From an uncultured delta proteobacterium (GTDB taxonomy: Bacteria; Desulfobacterota; RBG-13-43-22): a DNA stretch of 64,000 nucleotides. Below are positions 10,454-21,269 of this stretch, one piece after another. The position numbers and the translations under genes are program-made. Below the pieces are notes generated by a model. The model was not told the DNA's origin. It saw only the letters and a program-made list of their open reading frames with translations, and did no database searches. The stretch lies in assembly GCA_963802945.1 (NCBI GenBank), contig CAWDKY010000015.1, positions 475,413 to 539,412 on the forward strand. The letters are read 5' to 3'. Each line of letters begins with the position of its first letter. The stretch's first letter is position 1.

Positions 10454-11820
10454 ATGGCATTAACGGGAATTCAAATCTTTAAACTTTTGCCCAAAACCAA
10501 CTGCGGGGAATGCGGGGTGCCGACCTGCCTGGCCTTTGCCATGAATCTGGCCGCCGGCAAGGCGGAACTGGCCTCATGCCCCTATGTTTCCGAAGAAGCC
10601 AAGGCCCAACTGGCCGAGGCTTCAGCCCCACCCATTCGCCCCATAACCATCGGCGCCGGAGATCAGGCAGTAAAGATAGGGGGGGAGACGGTTCTCTTCC
10701 GACATGAAAAGACCTTTTCTAATCCTACCGGCTTTGCAGCCCTGCTGACCACCGATATGGAAGAGGACGTTGTTTCGGCTAAACTGAAAAAATGGGACAC
10801 CTATCAGTATGAGCGGGTCGGCCTGACCTTACGTCCCGAAATGGTGGCCATAAAAGATATGACCGGTGATAGCGCAAAATTCAAAAAGACGGTTCAACAG
10901 GTTTTTGAAACCAGCAATTTTAATCTCATCCTGATGAGCGAAAAACCTGAAGTCCTGAAAGAAGGCCTTTCGGCCTGTCCCGGCGGCAAACCCCTTACTC
11001 TATGCGGCAACCCATGAAAACTGGGAAGCCATGGCTGAATTGGCCAAAGGGGCCAAATGCCCTCTGGCCGTCAAAGCAGACGGTTTGGAGGGATTGATTT
11101 CCCTGACCGGAAAGCTGACTCAGGCCGGCCTGAATGATCTGGTCCTGGATTCCGGGGCCAGGAGTATCAAGCAGGTTTTTGAAGACCAGATCGCCATTCG
11201 CCGGGCCGCCCTTTCGGGAAAAGAAAAAGGCCTTGGGTTTCCCTACGATCTGCCTGCCTTTTGAAATGGCCAAGGATTTGGAAATGGAAACCCTGATGGG
11301 TGCCGTGATGGTGGCCAAATACGGCGGGCTGGTGGTCTTTTCCGATTTTGAAGGCGAGACTATCTTTCCCCTTTTACTGGAGCGGTTGAATATCTTTACT
11401 GATCCACAGCGCCCCATGACCGTGACCGAGGGGATCTATGAGATCAACGGGCCGGACGAAAATTCCCCGGTCTGTGTGACCTCCAATTTCTCCCTGACCT
11501 ATTTTATCGTTTCCGGGGAAATTGAAAGCAGCCGGGTGCCTACCTGGTTGTGTATCATGGATACGGAAGGCCTGTCGGTCATGACGGCCTGGGCGGCCGG
11601 TAAATTCGTCGGCGACGCCGTGGGGATTTTTATCAAAAAAAGCGGGATCGCCGATAAAATCAAACACCGCAATCTGATTATCCCCGGATATGCAGCGCCC
11701 ATCGCCGGGGATCTGGAAGAGGAATTGCCGGGCTGGACGATCAAGGTCGGTCCCAGGGAAGCGGCCCATATTCCCAAGTATCTTAAGAGAGCTGAAATAA
11801 ATTTTAAGGCTAAAGGCTGA
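10454..11820 (+). CDS. acsC: Corrinoid Fe-S protein large subunit (gamma), frameshifted near 10995 and 11220
   Basis: LPKTNCGECGVPTCLAFA, GGETVLFRHEK, NIFTDPQRP, TSNFSLTYF, SVMTAWAAGKF, VGPREA. Confidence 0.95.
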
Positions 11821-11890
11821 AGACTGAAGGCTCGAAGCTCAAGTCTAAAATGAAAAACTTTTGAGCTTTCTGTGGAAAAACTCATTTTTA

Positions 11891-12079
11891 CAGGTTGCTC
11901 AAAAAGGTACAGATACAAGGCGCCCGAAGTCCCGAGGAATGAGTCGTACATGGAAGTACGTCGCAATGACGAGGGACGAGGGCAATCCCGCCGTTGGCGG
12001 GATAGATGGGCCTTTTTGTTCGCCCCAAATCTCGGCTCACTCCCACTCCTTCGGAGCGGTGCCCAGTTTCAGCAAACTG
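11891..12079 (+). mobile_element. MITE-like palindromic element, copy 1 (long form)
   Basis: Ends caggttgctcaaaaagg ... tttcagcaaactg; homologous to 24694-24818, 46639-46745 (reverse complement) and 55211-55395. Confidence 0.75.
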
Positions 12080-12094
12080 ATAAGGGAAAACAAT

Positions 12095-12974
12095 ATGATT
12101 ACCATCGGAGAGAATCTCAATCTAATCAATAAAGGGATCGGCCGGGCCATAAAAGAAAAGGATCCCAAGCCCATTCGAGAAATGGCCGAGAAGTTGGCTG
12201 CCGCCAAGATGGATTTTATTGATATCAATCTCGGGCCGGCCAGAAAAGGCGGGGAAGAGCTGATGACCTGGGTGGTTCAGACTGTTCAGGAGGTGACCGA
12301 TATCCCCTTGTCCCTGGATACCTCCAATATTGCCGCTATCGAGGCCGGCCTTAAAGTCCACAAGGGCAAGGCCATCATTAATTCCATCATGGCCCGGCCG
12401 GAACGGTATTCGGTCATGATCCCCATTTGCAAACAATATGAGGCCTACATGATCGCCCTGATGTGGGGGCCGGAAGGCTTACCTCGGGATGAGAACGAGC
12501 GAGGGGCCTTGGCTGCCGAGCTTTTGTATGCCGCCAATGAAGGCGGCATTCCCAACGAAGATATCTTTGTGGATCCCATTATCACACCGGTCAACATCCA
12601 GCAGCAACAACTGATGAGTACCCTGACCTTTATGAGTATGCTTCAAGACATCGCCCCGGGAGCCAAGTCCACCTGCGGCCTTTCCAATAACTCCAATGGG
12701 GTCCCCGATCATCTGCGGCCTATTCTCAATCAAACCTACATGATCATGCTGGAAAGAAACGGCATGTATTCCTGCATCCTGGACGGGTTTGATGCCAAGA
12801 TTCTGGAAATCGCCCGCGGGCAAGCGACCGGACATTGTGGAGATCGTTCATAAGGTCATGGACGGGGAAAGTTTGGATATGGGCGGTCTTAGCCAAGAGA
12901 TGCAGGATTATGTCAAAACGGCCAAGGTCCTTCTGGGCCACACCCTTTTTTCCGATTCCTGGCTGGAAATATAA
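12095..12974 (+). CDS. acsE: Methyltetrahydrofolate:corrinoid Fe-S protein methyltransferase, frameshifted near 12815
   Basis: Pterin-binding TIM barrel: IGENLN, IDINLG, LSLDTSN, IINS, GLSN; last gene of the acs operon. Confidence 0.9.
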
Positions 12975-13151
12975 ACTATCCTTCTGATTTCGAGGAAAGT
13001 TAGGATTTAACTCAAGCAGATTTTGTTAAGAGTGATGGAGACTTCTTCCTTGTACTCTTCAAATTTCCCTTTTTGAAAAAATACAAAAGTACAAACTGAC
13101 CTTCCCCCGAAAAAATGGACACCACTAAGAATTTGTATTATTAGGAAGGAG

Positions 13152-13454
13152 GTGTCTATGGGGGAAAGTCATCGTTATTTTAGCCGTGAGTTCAAACGAG
13201 ATGCCGTACAGTTGGTCACCGAGAAAGGGATGCCGGTGGGTAAGGTGGCACGAGAGCTGGATATTCATCCTAATCTGCTTCATGGATGGAGGAGGAGGTA
13301 TTTAGCCAACGGGGATCAAGCCTTTGTCGGGAAGGGTCGTGTCAAGCCAGAGGAAGTGGAAATAAGGGGACTCCGGAAGGCCTTAGGAAAGGTAAGGGAA
13401 GAGAGGGACATTTTAAAAAAAGCCTTGGCCGTATTCTCCAAACAAAACCCATGA
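13152..13454 (+). CDS. IS3 transposase OrfA (HTH)
   Basis: FSREFKRDAV...VARELDI...ERDILKKA; A-rich slippery run at ~13415-13422. Confidence 0.92.
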   Translation: MSMGESHRYFSREFKRDAVQLVTEKGMPVGKVARELDIHPNLLHGWRRRYLANGDQAFVGKGRVKPEEVEIRGLRKALGKVREERDILKKALAVFSKQNP

Positions 13455-14306
13455 AGTATCGGTTTATAGAAGAGCAGCGGGAGGGTTACAAGATCAAGAG
13501 TATGTGTAAAGTGTTGAAGGTATCCCGAAGTGGTTATTGCCTGGGAGAGACGTCAGCCGAGCCTGCGCCAGAGAGGCCATGAGGAACTGCTGAGGCAGAT
13601 ACGGGAGATCCACCATCAAAGTCGAAGTCTTTATGGGAGTCCGCGGATTACCGCGGAACTGAAGAGACAGGGGTATCGATGTGGGAAGAAACGGGTTGCC
13701 AGGGTCATGAAAGAGCACTCGATAAGAGCCTCGGTGAAGAAAAGGAGATTCAGACGGACCACCGATTCACGGCATCCTTATGCCTTGGCTTCTAACTTAC
13801 TGATTGACCGGAGGCAGACCGATGGGGTATGGGCATCGGATATGACGTTTGTGCCTACTTCTGAAGGATGGCTCTATGTGGCCGCGGTGATGAAGGTGAA
13901 AAGTAGGAAGATCATCGGGCTTTCCATGAGCGACAAGTTGTCTCAGGAGCTGGCTTCTGCTGCGCTCAGGGATGCTGTGGGCAGGCAAAGCCCCACGGAA
14001 GGGTTGATTCATCATTCCGATCGAGGCCGGCAGTATGCCAGCTATGCCTATCAGGAGCTTTTAAGAGAATACGGCCTGATCCCGAGTATGAGCCGAAGCG
14101 GCAATTGCTATGATAATGCCTATGTGGAGTCGTTCTTTGGTACCCTGAAAACGGAACTGGTTCATGGGGAGCGGTACCGTTCAAGGCTGGAGGCCAGGCT
14201 AAGTATTTTTGAGTACGTGGAAGTATTTTATAATCGTCAGAGGAGTCATTCGGCCTTAGGGTACAGAAGCCCCGAGCAGTATGAAAGGCTCCTTAATGAA
14301 ACTTAA
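13451..14306 (+). CDS. IS3 transposase OrfB (DDE integrase core), extra frameshift near 13535
   Basis: MKYRFIEE..., YGSPRI, WASDMTFV, HHSDRGRQY, GNCYDNAYVESFFGTLKTE, YNRQRSHSALGYRSP. Confidence 0.9.
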
Positions 14307-14359
14307 CCATGTGTCCACTTTTAGGGGGAAGGTCAAACGGTAATCAACAAATATAACCA

Positions 14360-14500
14360 ACCAGCGATCCCCACCCAAATGGCCTAAATCTTGTCGATAC
14401 TCGTTTGCCCTTGGGGCTCTCGACAAGTTCCTGGTCCTCGATGATACTGATAATCCGCATAGCCTCTCCAGGAAGCCGCCGACCTCCTGGCCGATGAACA
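14360..14500 (-). pseudogene. Remnant resembling the C-terminus of an IS91-like rolling-circle transposase
   Basis: Minus-strand translation GEAMRIISIIEDQELV...LGHLG resembles the M-R-I-I-x-x-I-E-D...L-x-H-L-G tail of IS91-type transposases. Confidence 0.45.
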
Positions 14501-14504
14501 TCTG

Positions 14505-14725
14505 TGGGCCAGGAATTTTTCCCTAGAAATCGATCACCCGGAAGTGGGTCCCATAAAATATTGTGGCCTGCCAATCAAATTTTCAGGTCAACCGGTTTTT
14601 CCAAGCAGACACCTCCTGACCTTAGCCAACATGTAGAATATATTATGAAAAAACTCCTTGGTTTTTCAAAGGAGGAAATCGCCCAATTTATAGAAAAAAA
14701 TATTATCGGAAAAATACCGAATTAG
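14505..14725 (+). pseudogene. 3' remnant of a family III (CaiB/BaiF) CoA-transferase
   Basis: Two frames give EIDHPEVGPIKYCGLPIKFS and PPDLSQHVEYIMKKLLGFSKEEIAQF, the typical CaiB C-terminus. Confidence 0.7.
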
Positions 14726-14806
14726 AAATTCCCTAAAAAATTTTTTCTTGACATAATATAAAAAAGATACTATCTTATTTATACTAAATCTTGAAAGGCG
14801 AATTCC

Positions 14807-15553
14807 ATGACTCAAACCTATGGGCATTTTTGTCCGGTGGCCCGGACCCTGGAAAAAATCGGTGACAAATGGTCTTTGCTCATTATTCGCGATCTCTTAA
14901 CCGGACCGCAGAGATTCACAGACCTGCTGGGTTATTTAAACCATATCACCCCCAAATGGCTCACCCAACGTCTTCGAGAATTGGAATCGTCTGGGATCAT
15001 AGAACGGGACAAAAAGGCCGGACGGCGTCAGGTCTGGTACAAGTTGACCACCGCTGGAGGCGAGTTGGGTCCTATAGTGGACGCTCTGGCCACCTGGGGA
15101 TTTCGTTATGCCATGCGGCCTCCGATCCCGGGTGAGGTTGTCCATCCAGATCTGCTGATGAGAGCGCTGACTTCATCACTCAACAAAAAAGGTAAACGTT
15201 TACCACGGCCGGCCAAGTGGTTGATGCAGTTCCCTCAAGCGCAATATTCCCTATCTTTTAATAATGACTGGTCAAGTTGCCGGGAAGAGGACCCCAATTC
15301 CGACATAAAAATTACCACGACTCCTGAAATTTGGGCCACCGTTTTTACAGCACCGCGGTCGGATCGAAGTCGCTTGGCCAAGACCATCCAGATTGACGGG
15401 GCTCCGGATCGGATTGAGGAATTTCTGCATACATTCGGAATTCAAAACCAAGAAGACAAACCGGTTCCTGATTCTATCGATACAGGCAATAAACGAAAAA
15501 ACCCTAAGCTTACTAAAGAAGGAAAGAAACATGAAGGTATCAGACAACAATAG
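14807..15553 (+). CDS. HxlR-family winged-helix transcriptional regulator with a C-terminal extension
   Basis: YGHFCPVARTLEKIGDKWSLLIIRDLL..PQRFTDL...LTQRLRELE. Confidence 0.9.
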   Translation: MTQTYGHFCPVARTLEKIGDKWSLLIIRDLLTGPQRFTDLLGYLNHITPKWLTQRLRELESSGIIERDKKAGRRQVWYKLTTAGGELGPIVDALATWGFRYAMRPPIPGEVVHPDLLMRALTSSLNKKGKRLPRPAKWLMQFPQAQYSLSFNNDWSSCREEDPNSDIKITTTPEIWATVFTAPRSDRSRLAKTIQIDGAPDRIEEFLHTFGIQNQEDKPVPDSIDTGNKRKNPKLTKEGKKHEGIRQQ

Positions 15554-16529
15554 ACCGGGCAAGCTCTATCCCTCGGGAACCATCAAAGAAATCTGCATCA
15601 AAGCAGGGGCCGATGATGCCGGCCTGGTGGAGATCAATCGTAATCCACTCAAAGGGGAAAGGGAAGGTATTTTACGCGTCTATCCCCGCACAAGGAGCAT
15701 TATTTCATTGGTCAAGGTCAATAATCGGGAAAATATTCAGAGCCCGGCCCGCTACGTAGCCAATGAAGAATATCATCACACGGGAGATAAAATTTCCAGC
15801 ATTTCCAGGGAAATTCTCCATCGTCTGAACGAACTCGGCCTTCGGGGGGTCGCTGTCAATAAATCCTGGCCCATGGATTTGGGACGATGGCCGGGCAAGA
15901 TCTGGGATGTCAGTCACAAAATCATGGCCGTGGAAGCCGGTCTCGGGCAGATGGGCCTTAACCGATTGGTCCTGCATCCGAAGTACGGTAGTTTTATCCA
16001 ATTGACCAGTATCTTGGTCGATGGTGAAATAGACGTCTACGATCATCCCATGGAGGAAAACCCCTGCCTAAACTGTAATCTGTGTGCGGCCGTCTGTCCA
16101 ACCGGAGCCATCACCAAAGGGGAACCATTCGATTTATTGACCTGCAGCACCCATACCTACCGGGACAACATGGTGGGCTTCCTAAACTGGGTGGAGTCTA
16201 TGGTGACTTCTCAAAACATGGAGGAATACCGCTCCCATTTCAACGATCGGGAGACGTCTTTTATGTGGCAGTCCCTGATGTTTCGAATGAGCTATCGCTG
16301 CAGTTATTGTATGGCCGTGTGTCCAGCCGGGGAAGAGATCAAAACGGATTACCTTAAAAATAAGAAGGGCCATGTTGAAAGAATATTGAAGCCCCTCCGA
16401 GACCGGTGTGAACCGGTTTACGTTATGGCCGGATCCAAAGCGGAAGCGAGGGCCAAACGCAATCCCAATAAAGAAGTGAGAATTGTACCTGGGATAATAC
16501 GGACGCCACCAAAGGTAAAGCAAACTTGA
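15531..16529 (+). CDS. QueG/reductive-dehalogenase-superfamily 4Fe-4S protein
   Basis: SHKIMAVEAGLGQMGLNRLVLHPKYGS, CLNCNLCAAVCPTGAI, CSYCMAVCP. Confidence 0.75.
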   Translation: MKVSDNNRPGKLYPSGTIKEICIKAGADDAGLVEINRNPLKGEREGILRVYPRTRSIISLVKVNNRENIQSPARYVANEEYHHTGDKISSISREILHRLNELGLRGVAVNKSWPMDLGRWPGKIWDVSHKIMAVEAGLGQMGLNRLVLHPKYGSFIQLTSILVDGEIDVYDHPMEENPCLNCNLCAAVCPTGAITKGEPFDLLTCSTHTYRDNMVGFLNWVESMVTSQNMEEYRSHFNDRETSFMWQSLMFRMSYRCSYCMAVCPAGEEIKTDYLKNKKGHVERILKPLRDRCEPVYVMAGSKAEARAKRNPNKEVRIVPGIIRTPPKVKQT

Positions 16530-16634
16530 TTTACATTTAGGCCTAAAAGAGAAGAGGGATATCCGGTCGAACAATTGGTTGGTTGTAGGAAATTAAATCA
16601 CTTCAACCTATTAGAAAATAAAGAAAGATGAGCT

Positions 16635-17192
16635 ATGGAAATGAATTACAAAAATTTTATGAGGGAAATAATAAAAAAAAATCCGGTTACCGTCAGTCCG
16701 GAGGCAACATTTTTTGAAGCTCGGGAAATTATGCAGGACAAAGAAATCAGGCATCTACCCGTGGTCGATAAACACAATAACCTGGTCGGCATTGTGACCG
16801 ACAGAGATATTCGGGAAGCAGGGCCCTCGGATGCTTCGTCTTTGAGCATCCAGGAAGTCAACTACCTGTTAGTGCGCCTGAAGGTGTCCTCCTTCATGAC
16901 CCCTCAGGACAAATTAATCACCGTCAATCCCGAAACCCTGGTCGAGGAAGCGGTCCAACTGATGCATGATCATAAAATCGGGGGGCTTCCCGTAGTCAAA
17001 GACGGAAAGCTTTACGGTATTTTTACCGAAACGGATGCCCTGGGCATACTGGTCGATTTGTTCGGTAGACTGCCAACTCTGAATGAACCTTCCCGCACCA
17101 AAATGCGGGAGGGCACCTTAATAAAGATGAAAGTTTCTAAAAGGTTATCCAGTACTAAATCTTTGACCGATTCATTTTTGAGCGATTTTTAA
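16635..17192 (+). CDS. CBS-pair protein (AcuB-like), probably C-terminally truncated
   Basis: IRHLPVVD..LVGIVTDRDIREA.PS.ASSLS, KIGGLPVV..GIFTETD. Sequence diverges after LVDLFG at a hairpin (~17088-17113). Confidence 0.8.
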   Translation: MEMNYKNFMREIIKKNPVTVSPEATFFEAREIMQDKEIRHLPVVDKHNNLVGIVTDRDIREAGPSDASSLSIQEVNYLLVRLKVSSFMTPQDKLITVNPETLVEEAVQLMHDHKIGGLPVVKDGKLYGIFTETDALGILVDLFGRLPTLNEPSRTKMREGTLIKMKVSKRLSSTKSLTDSFLSDF

Positions 17193-17225
17193 AAACCTTA
17201 AGTGAAAAATAAGGAGGAAATAAAC

Positions 17226-18305
17226 ATGAGTCAGGAAGTGTATAAACAATTGTTGGAAGTCATGAAAAAACGGGGAGGCGGTTATGCCGGAATGGATATA
17301 CCCGAGTTCTTCTCTTTGGTAGAAGAACTATTTACCCCAACGGAGGCCGAAATCAACAATGCAATGCCCAAGGGTTTTTTTACAGCCAAAAACTTGGCTA
17401 CAGCCATGGGCGGGGATGAAAAAGAAATCGAGGCTATTCTGGAGGCCATGGCAGACAAAGGCCTATGCCTGGCCCTAGATATGGATCAAAACCGGGTTTA
17501 TCAGTCGGCCCGGTTTATGCCCGGCATATTGGAATTTCAATTCATGCCGGGAAAAACCACCGACAGGGATAAAAAGATCGCCAAACTGATTTACGCTTAT
17601 GAAAAGGCTTTTGATCAAGTGACAGATCGATCGGCAATGACCTTTCCCACCACCCGGGTCATCACGGTGGACGCCCTGATAAAAACAGGCAATTCAGTTC
17701 ATACTTATGATCAGGTCCAGAGCTTTATCGACCAAACCGAGTCCATTGCCGTAACTACCTGCTACTGTCGTCATGCGGCCTTCCTACGAGGTGAAGACAT
17801 CCACGGGATGCCCAATGATGTCTGTATGCAGTTTGGCCAGTGGGCCCAATTTGCCATTGATCGATTGGGGGCCAGGAAAGTGAGCAAACAAGAAGCCCGG
17901 GAGGTCTTGAACCGGGCTGAAGAAGCCGGCCTGATTCATATGAGTCAAAACATGGCCGAAGGCATCAGCTTCATATGCAACTGCGACCGCTGGCACTGTG
18001 GTGCTGTACAAAATGCCCTGGCCAAACCAAAACCCGGATTGTTTTTCAACTCCGGTTTTGAACCGTGCATTGACCCCGATCTATGCGCATCCTGCCAAAC
18101 CTGCATTGATCGCTGCCCTGCTGAAGCCCTAATCATGGGGGAAGAGGATCATCCCGTGGTTAATCTGGATCGCTGTTTTGGGTGTGCCGTATGTGCCACT
18201 GGCTGTCCTTCCGAAGCCATTGCCATGAAAAACAAACCCGACTTCCCCATGCCTCCAAAAGACGCCCAGGCATTGGGGGAGGCTATAAAAACCAGCAGGG
18301 TTTAA
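17226..18305 (+). CDS. 4Fe-4S dicluster protein with N-terminal helical/HTH-like domain (paralogue 1 of 3)
   Basis: CYCR, AEEAGLIH, ICNCDRWHC, CASCQTCIDRCP, CFGCAVCATGCP; RBS aaggagg. Confidence 0.85.
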   Translation: MSQEVYKQLLEVMKKRGGGYAGMDIPEFFSLVEELFTPTEAEINNAMPKGFFTAKNLATAMGGDEKEIEAILEAMADKGLCLALDMDQNRVYQSARFMPGILEFQFMPGKTTDRDKKIAKLIYAYEKAFDQVTDRSAMTFPTTRVITVDALIKTGNSVHTYDQVQSFIDQTESIAVTTCYCRHAAFLRGEDIHGMPNDVCMQFGQWAQFAIDRLGARKVSKQEAREVLNRAEEAGLIHMSQNMAEGISFICNCDRWHCGAVQNALAKPKPGLFFNSGFEPCIDPDLCASCQTCIDRCPAEALIMGEEDHPVVNLDRCFGCAVCATGCPSEAIAMKNKPDFPMPPKDAQALGEAIKTSRV

Positions 18306-18458
18306 CGGTAGAGATTATTTATCGAATCCAAAACAAGTTTGGCATTTGTTGATTCTTATTTTAATGAAACCGGTCGGGTGAGACCTGAAAAAGGGGGCCA
18401 AGGACCAATTTTAAGGATATCAAAAATACTTGAATAATTGTTCAAAGAGGAGATTTTT

Positions 18459-18878
18459 ATGAACGAAAAGCTAATGAAATATTTTAATAAACAGCCACGC
18501 CTGGGCACTCTGAGCACGGCCGGCAAAGACGGTAAGGTTAATGTGGCCTATTTTGGTTCCCCGATAATGACCGATCCCAAGACCATATTTATGGGTTTGG
18601 GGAATAACCGAACCTTAGCCAACCTTAAGGAAAACCCATGGGCCGCCTATCTGATTATGGAACCCGGTAATACACTGCCCGAATGGAAAGGGGTTCGTCT
18701 GTACTTAAAGGTCACTGAAATTGAGACAGGAGGGAACAAGTTGGAAAAGATTCGGACGCTCATCGCTGAAAAAGCAGGTCCCAATGCTGCAAAAGGTATC
18801 CAAGCGGCTGTGACTTTTGAAGTGCAGGAAATTAGACCCTTGGCTGATTTTGGCCAGGGTTGGGAAAAATCCATTTAA
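18459..18878 (+). CDS. Pyridoxamine 5'-phosphate oxidase-like FMN-binding protein
   Basis: GTLSTAGKDGKVNVA...NRTLANLKENP...GVRLY. Confidence 0.8.
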   Translation: MNEKLMKYFNKQPRLGTLSTAGKDGKVNVAYFGSPIMTDPKTIFMGLGNNRTLANLKENPWAAYLIMEPGNTLPEWKGVRLYLKVTEIETGGNKLEKIRTLIAEKAGPNAAKGIQAAVTFEVQEIRPLADFGQGWEKSI

Positions 18879-19042
18879 AAAGAAAATAGGATTCGAGGTC
18901 ATCCTTCGATCAGCTTATTTTCATGCATCGCGGTGTCACGCCCCTGGCCGAGTACCGCCATAGCCCTTGGTACAGTGGTCCTTGAGGTGCTTGGTAAGCA
19001 GGAGGAAATGAAGAACTTCTTACCTTAGGAAAGGAGCATGTT

Positions 19043-21269
19043 ATGGGAGAATGGAAAAAGACATCCTGTGTATTATGAGGCAATCGGTGCGGGCTCGAGG
19101 TTCGAGTCGAAAATAATAAAATCGTAAAAGTCCGCGGAGGCAAGGACAACCCGATCAGTGAGGGATATATATGCAGAAAAGGTACGAATGTTGCCTACCA
19201 TCAGCACAATAAAGACCGGGTGCTCTTTCCGCTTAAGAAGGTTGGAAATGGTTTTCAGCGGGTCTCCTGGGACCAGGCCATCAGTGAGATTTCCGAAAAA
19301 CTAAAAGCTATCCGCGACCAGCATGGCCCCCGCGCTTTAGCTTCTCTGGTCGGCGGCGGTGAATTTGCTTTTCTGAGTGCGTCTTTCCCTATTCGATTGG
19401 TGCGTAGACTCGGTTCACGCTATAACTATTCCGCTGCAAACCAGGAGTTTGCCGGTAGGTATTGGGCACACGGCTTGACCTTGGGAAGTCAAAATATTCA
19501 GATGGAATCTGATTTTGAGAACTGTGACATGCTGATGCTGGTTGGGAAAAATTCCATGATGAGCCATCATTTCCCCCAGGCGCGGCGAAGATTGACGAAG
19601 ATGTCCAAAGACCCTGACAGGCTTCTGGTCGTAGTGGATCCGCGGGTTTCCGAAACCGCCAGAATTGCCGATATTCATCTGGCGATTCGCCCCGGCACCG
19701 ATGCCCTCCTGATCAAGTCGATGATTTCTATCATCCTCAATGAGGGTATTTATAACAATGAATATATTGACAAACATGTGGACGGGTTCAACGAGATCTT
19801 GCCCTGGTTTTCCGGCTTTGATGTCAAGATCGCGCTAAAGGTTTGTGATCTTGATTATAATCTGGTGTTTAAGGTCTGCCGGGAACTCGCCACCCGACGT
19901 TCGAGCATTCTGGATGATCTCGGGATATTGATGAACCGGCACAGTGCGTTGGTATCCTATCTGCTGGTCATGTTGCTGGCCCTTTGTGGTCGTATTGGCG
20001 TGACGGGCGGAAATTATTTACTCGGGGGGGGATTGGGGCCGGATCCCAGAGATCCTAAAGTCTGGAGAACACTATTGACGGACATTCCCGCCATCAATGG
20101 CAATTTTCCGCCTAATGTTTTGCAGGAAGAAATCATGTATGATCATCCGGACCGACTGAGGGCCGTGCTCTGCTACGCCTCGAATCCATTGCGTTCCTAC
20201 GCCGATACGACGGCCTATGAAAATGCCTTTCAACAGCTTGATCTGCTGGTGGTGGCCGACATTGCCATGAGCGAGACAGCAGCCCTGGCCCATTATGTCC
20301 TCCCCTGCAAAACCGCTTTTGAATCCTGGGAAGGGGATCCCGGTGGGGGTTTTTCGAAGGTCTACGCCCGGATGAGGTCTCCGGTATTGGAAGCGGAAGG
20401 AGAGCAGAAAGAAAATGCCGAGATATTCACCCTGCTGGCCGACGCTATGGGGCTGGTTCCCCCCATTCCTGAACCACTGTACGAGGCGGCCGGAAGCGGC
20501 AACCTCAAGGAATACGGTCAGAAATTAGGGGAATATATGAGGACTTCCCCGGAAAGTGGGAAGGTCCTAAACTTTATTATAGCGAAAACCTTGGGCAGTG
20601 CCATGGGTTCGGCGCATCTGGCCAGTATCTTCCCCTTGTTTATGCAATTATCTTCGGATCGCCAGGAAGAGGCAGCCAAAGCAGGTTTTCCCGTAGGACC
20701 GGACCAAGGCCTGTCTATGTATCAAGCCATCATGAGCCATCCTGAAGGGATACTGATCGGCATACGCGATCCAGAGAAGAACCTGGAGGTCAATATAGCA
20801 ACCAAGAACAAGAAAATACAACTTTTTAATCCGGAAGTGGTTGATTGGATAAAGAAAATAAATCCTATGGATGAAGAAGAACCAGCTCAAGCCCGATGAG
20901 CATTTCCCTCTGATCCTGATGGCTGGAAGGCATATGGACATGAATGCCAATACAGGCATGAGAGACCCGGCTTGGAACAAAGACAAAAGAGCCTGCACCC
21001 TGGCCATAAATCCTTCTGATGCAGAAACGCTGGGCATAGTTGACAAACAGATGGTCAGGGTCATCACAGAAGCAGGCGAGGAAACCCTAGAGGCCGAAGT
21101 AACCCAAGATGTCAGAAAAGGCCAGGTCATTATACCGCAAGGGTTTGGCCTGGTCTACGATGGTGTTGCCTACGGCGCTAACGTCAACCGATTAGCTAAA
21201 AACACCAACCGGGACTTTGTCGGAACCCCTATGCACCGTTATGTTCCCTGCCGGGTGGAGGCGGTTTAA
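19043..21269 (+). CDS. Molybdopterin-dependent (DMSO reductase family) oxidoreductase; in-frame TGA at 19076-19078 (probable Sec); frameshift near 20880
   Basis: RBS aaggag, ATG 19043, N-terminal TSCVL*GNRCGLEV...GYICRKG Fe-S motif in frame with ORF 19220-20899; VVVDPRVSETARIADIHLAIRPGTD; SETAALAHYVLP; C-terminal molydop-binding domain in ORF 20871-21269. Confidence 0.88.
19092..19108 (+). promoter_or_regulatory. Candidate bacterial SECIS hairpin
   Basis: GGCTCGA-GGT-TCGAGTC stem-loop with an apical G 21 nt after the TGA. Confidence 0.6.

Larger units (their letters stand above)
13097..14335 (+). mobile_element. IS3-family insertion sequence with terminal inverted repeats and a 3-bp target duplication (AAC)
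   Basis: IRL tgaccttcccccgaaaaaatggacac; IRR gtgtccacttttagggggaaggtca; AAC at 13094-13096 and 14336-14338; TG...CA ends. Confidence 0.95.
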
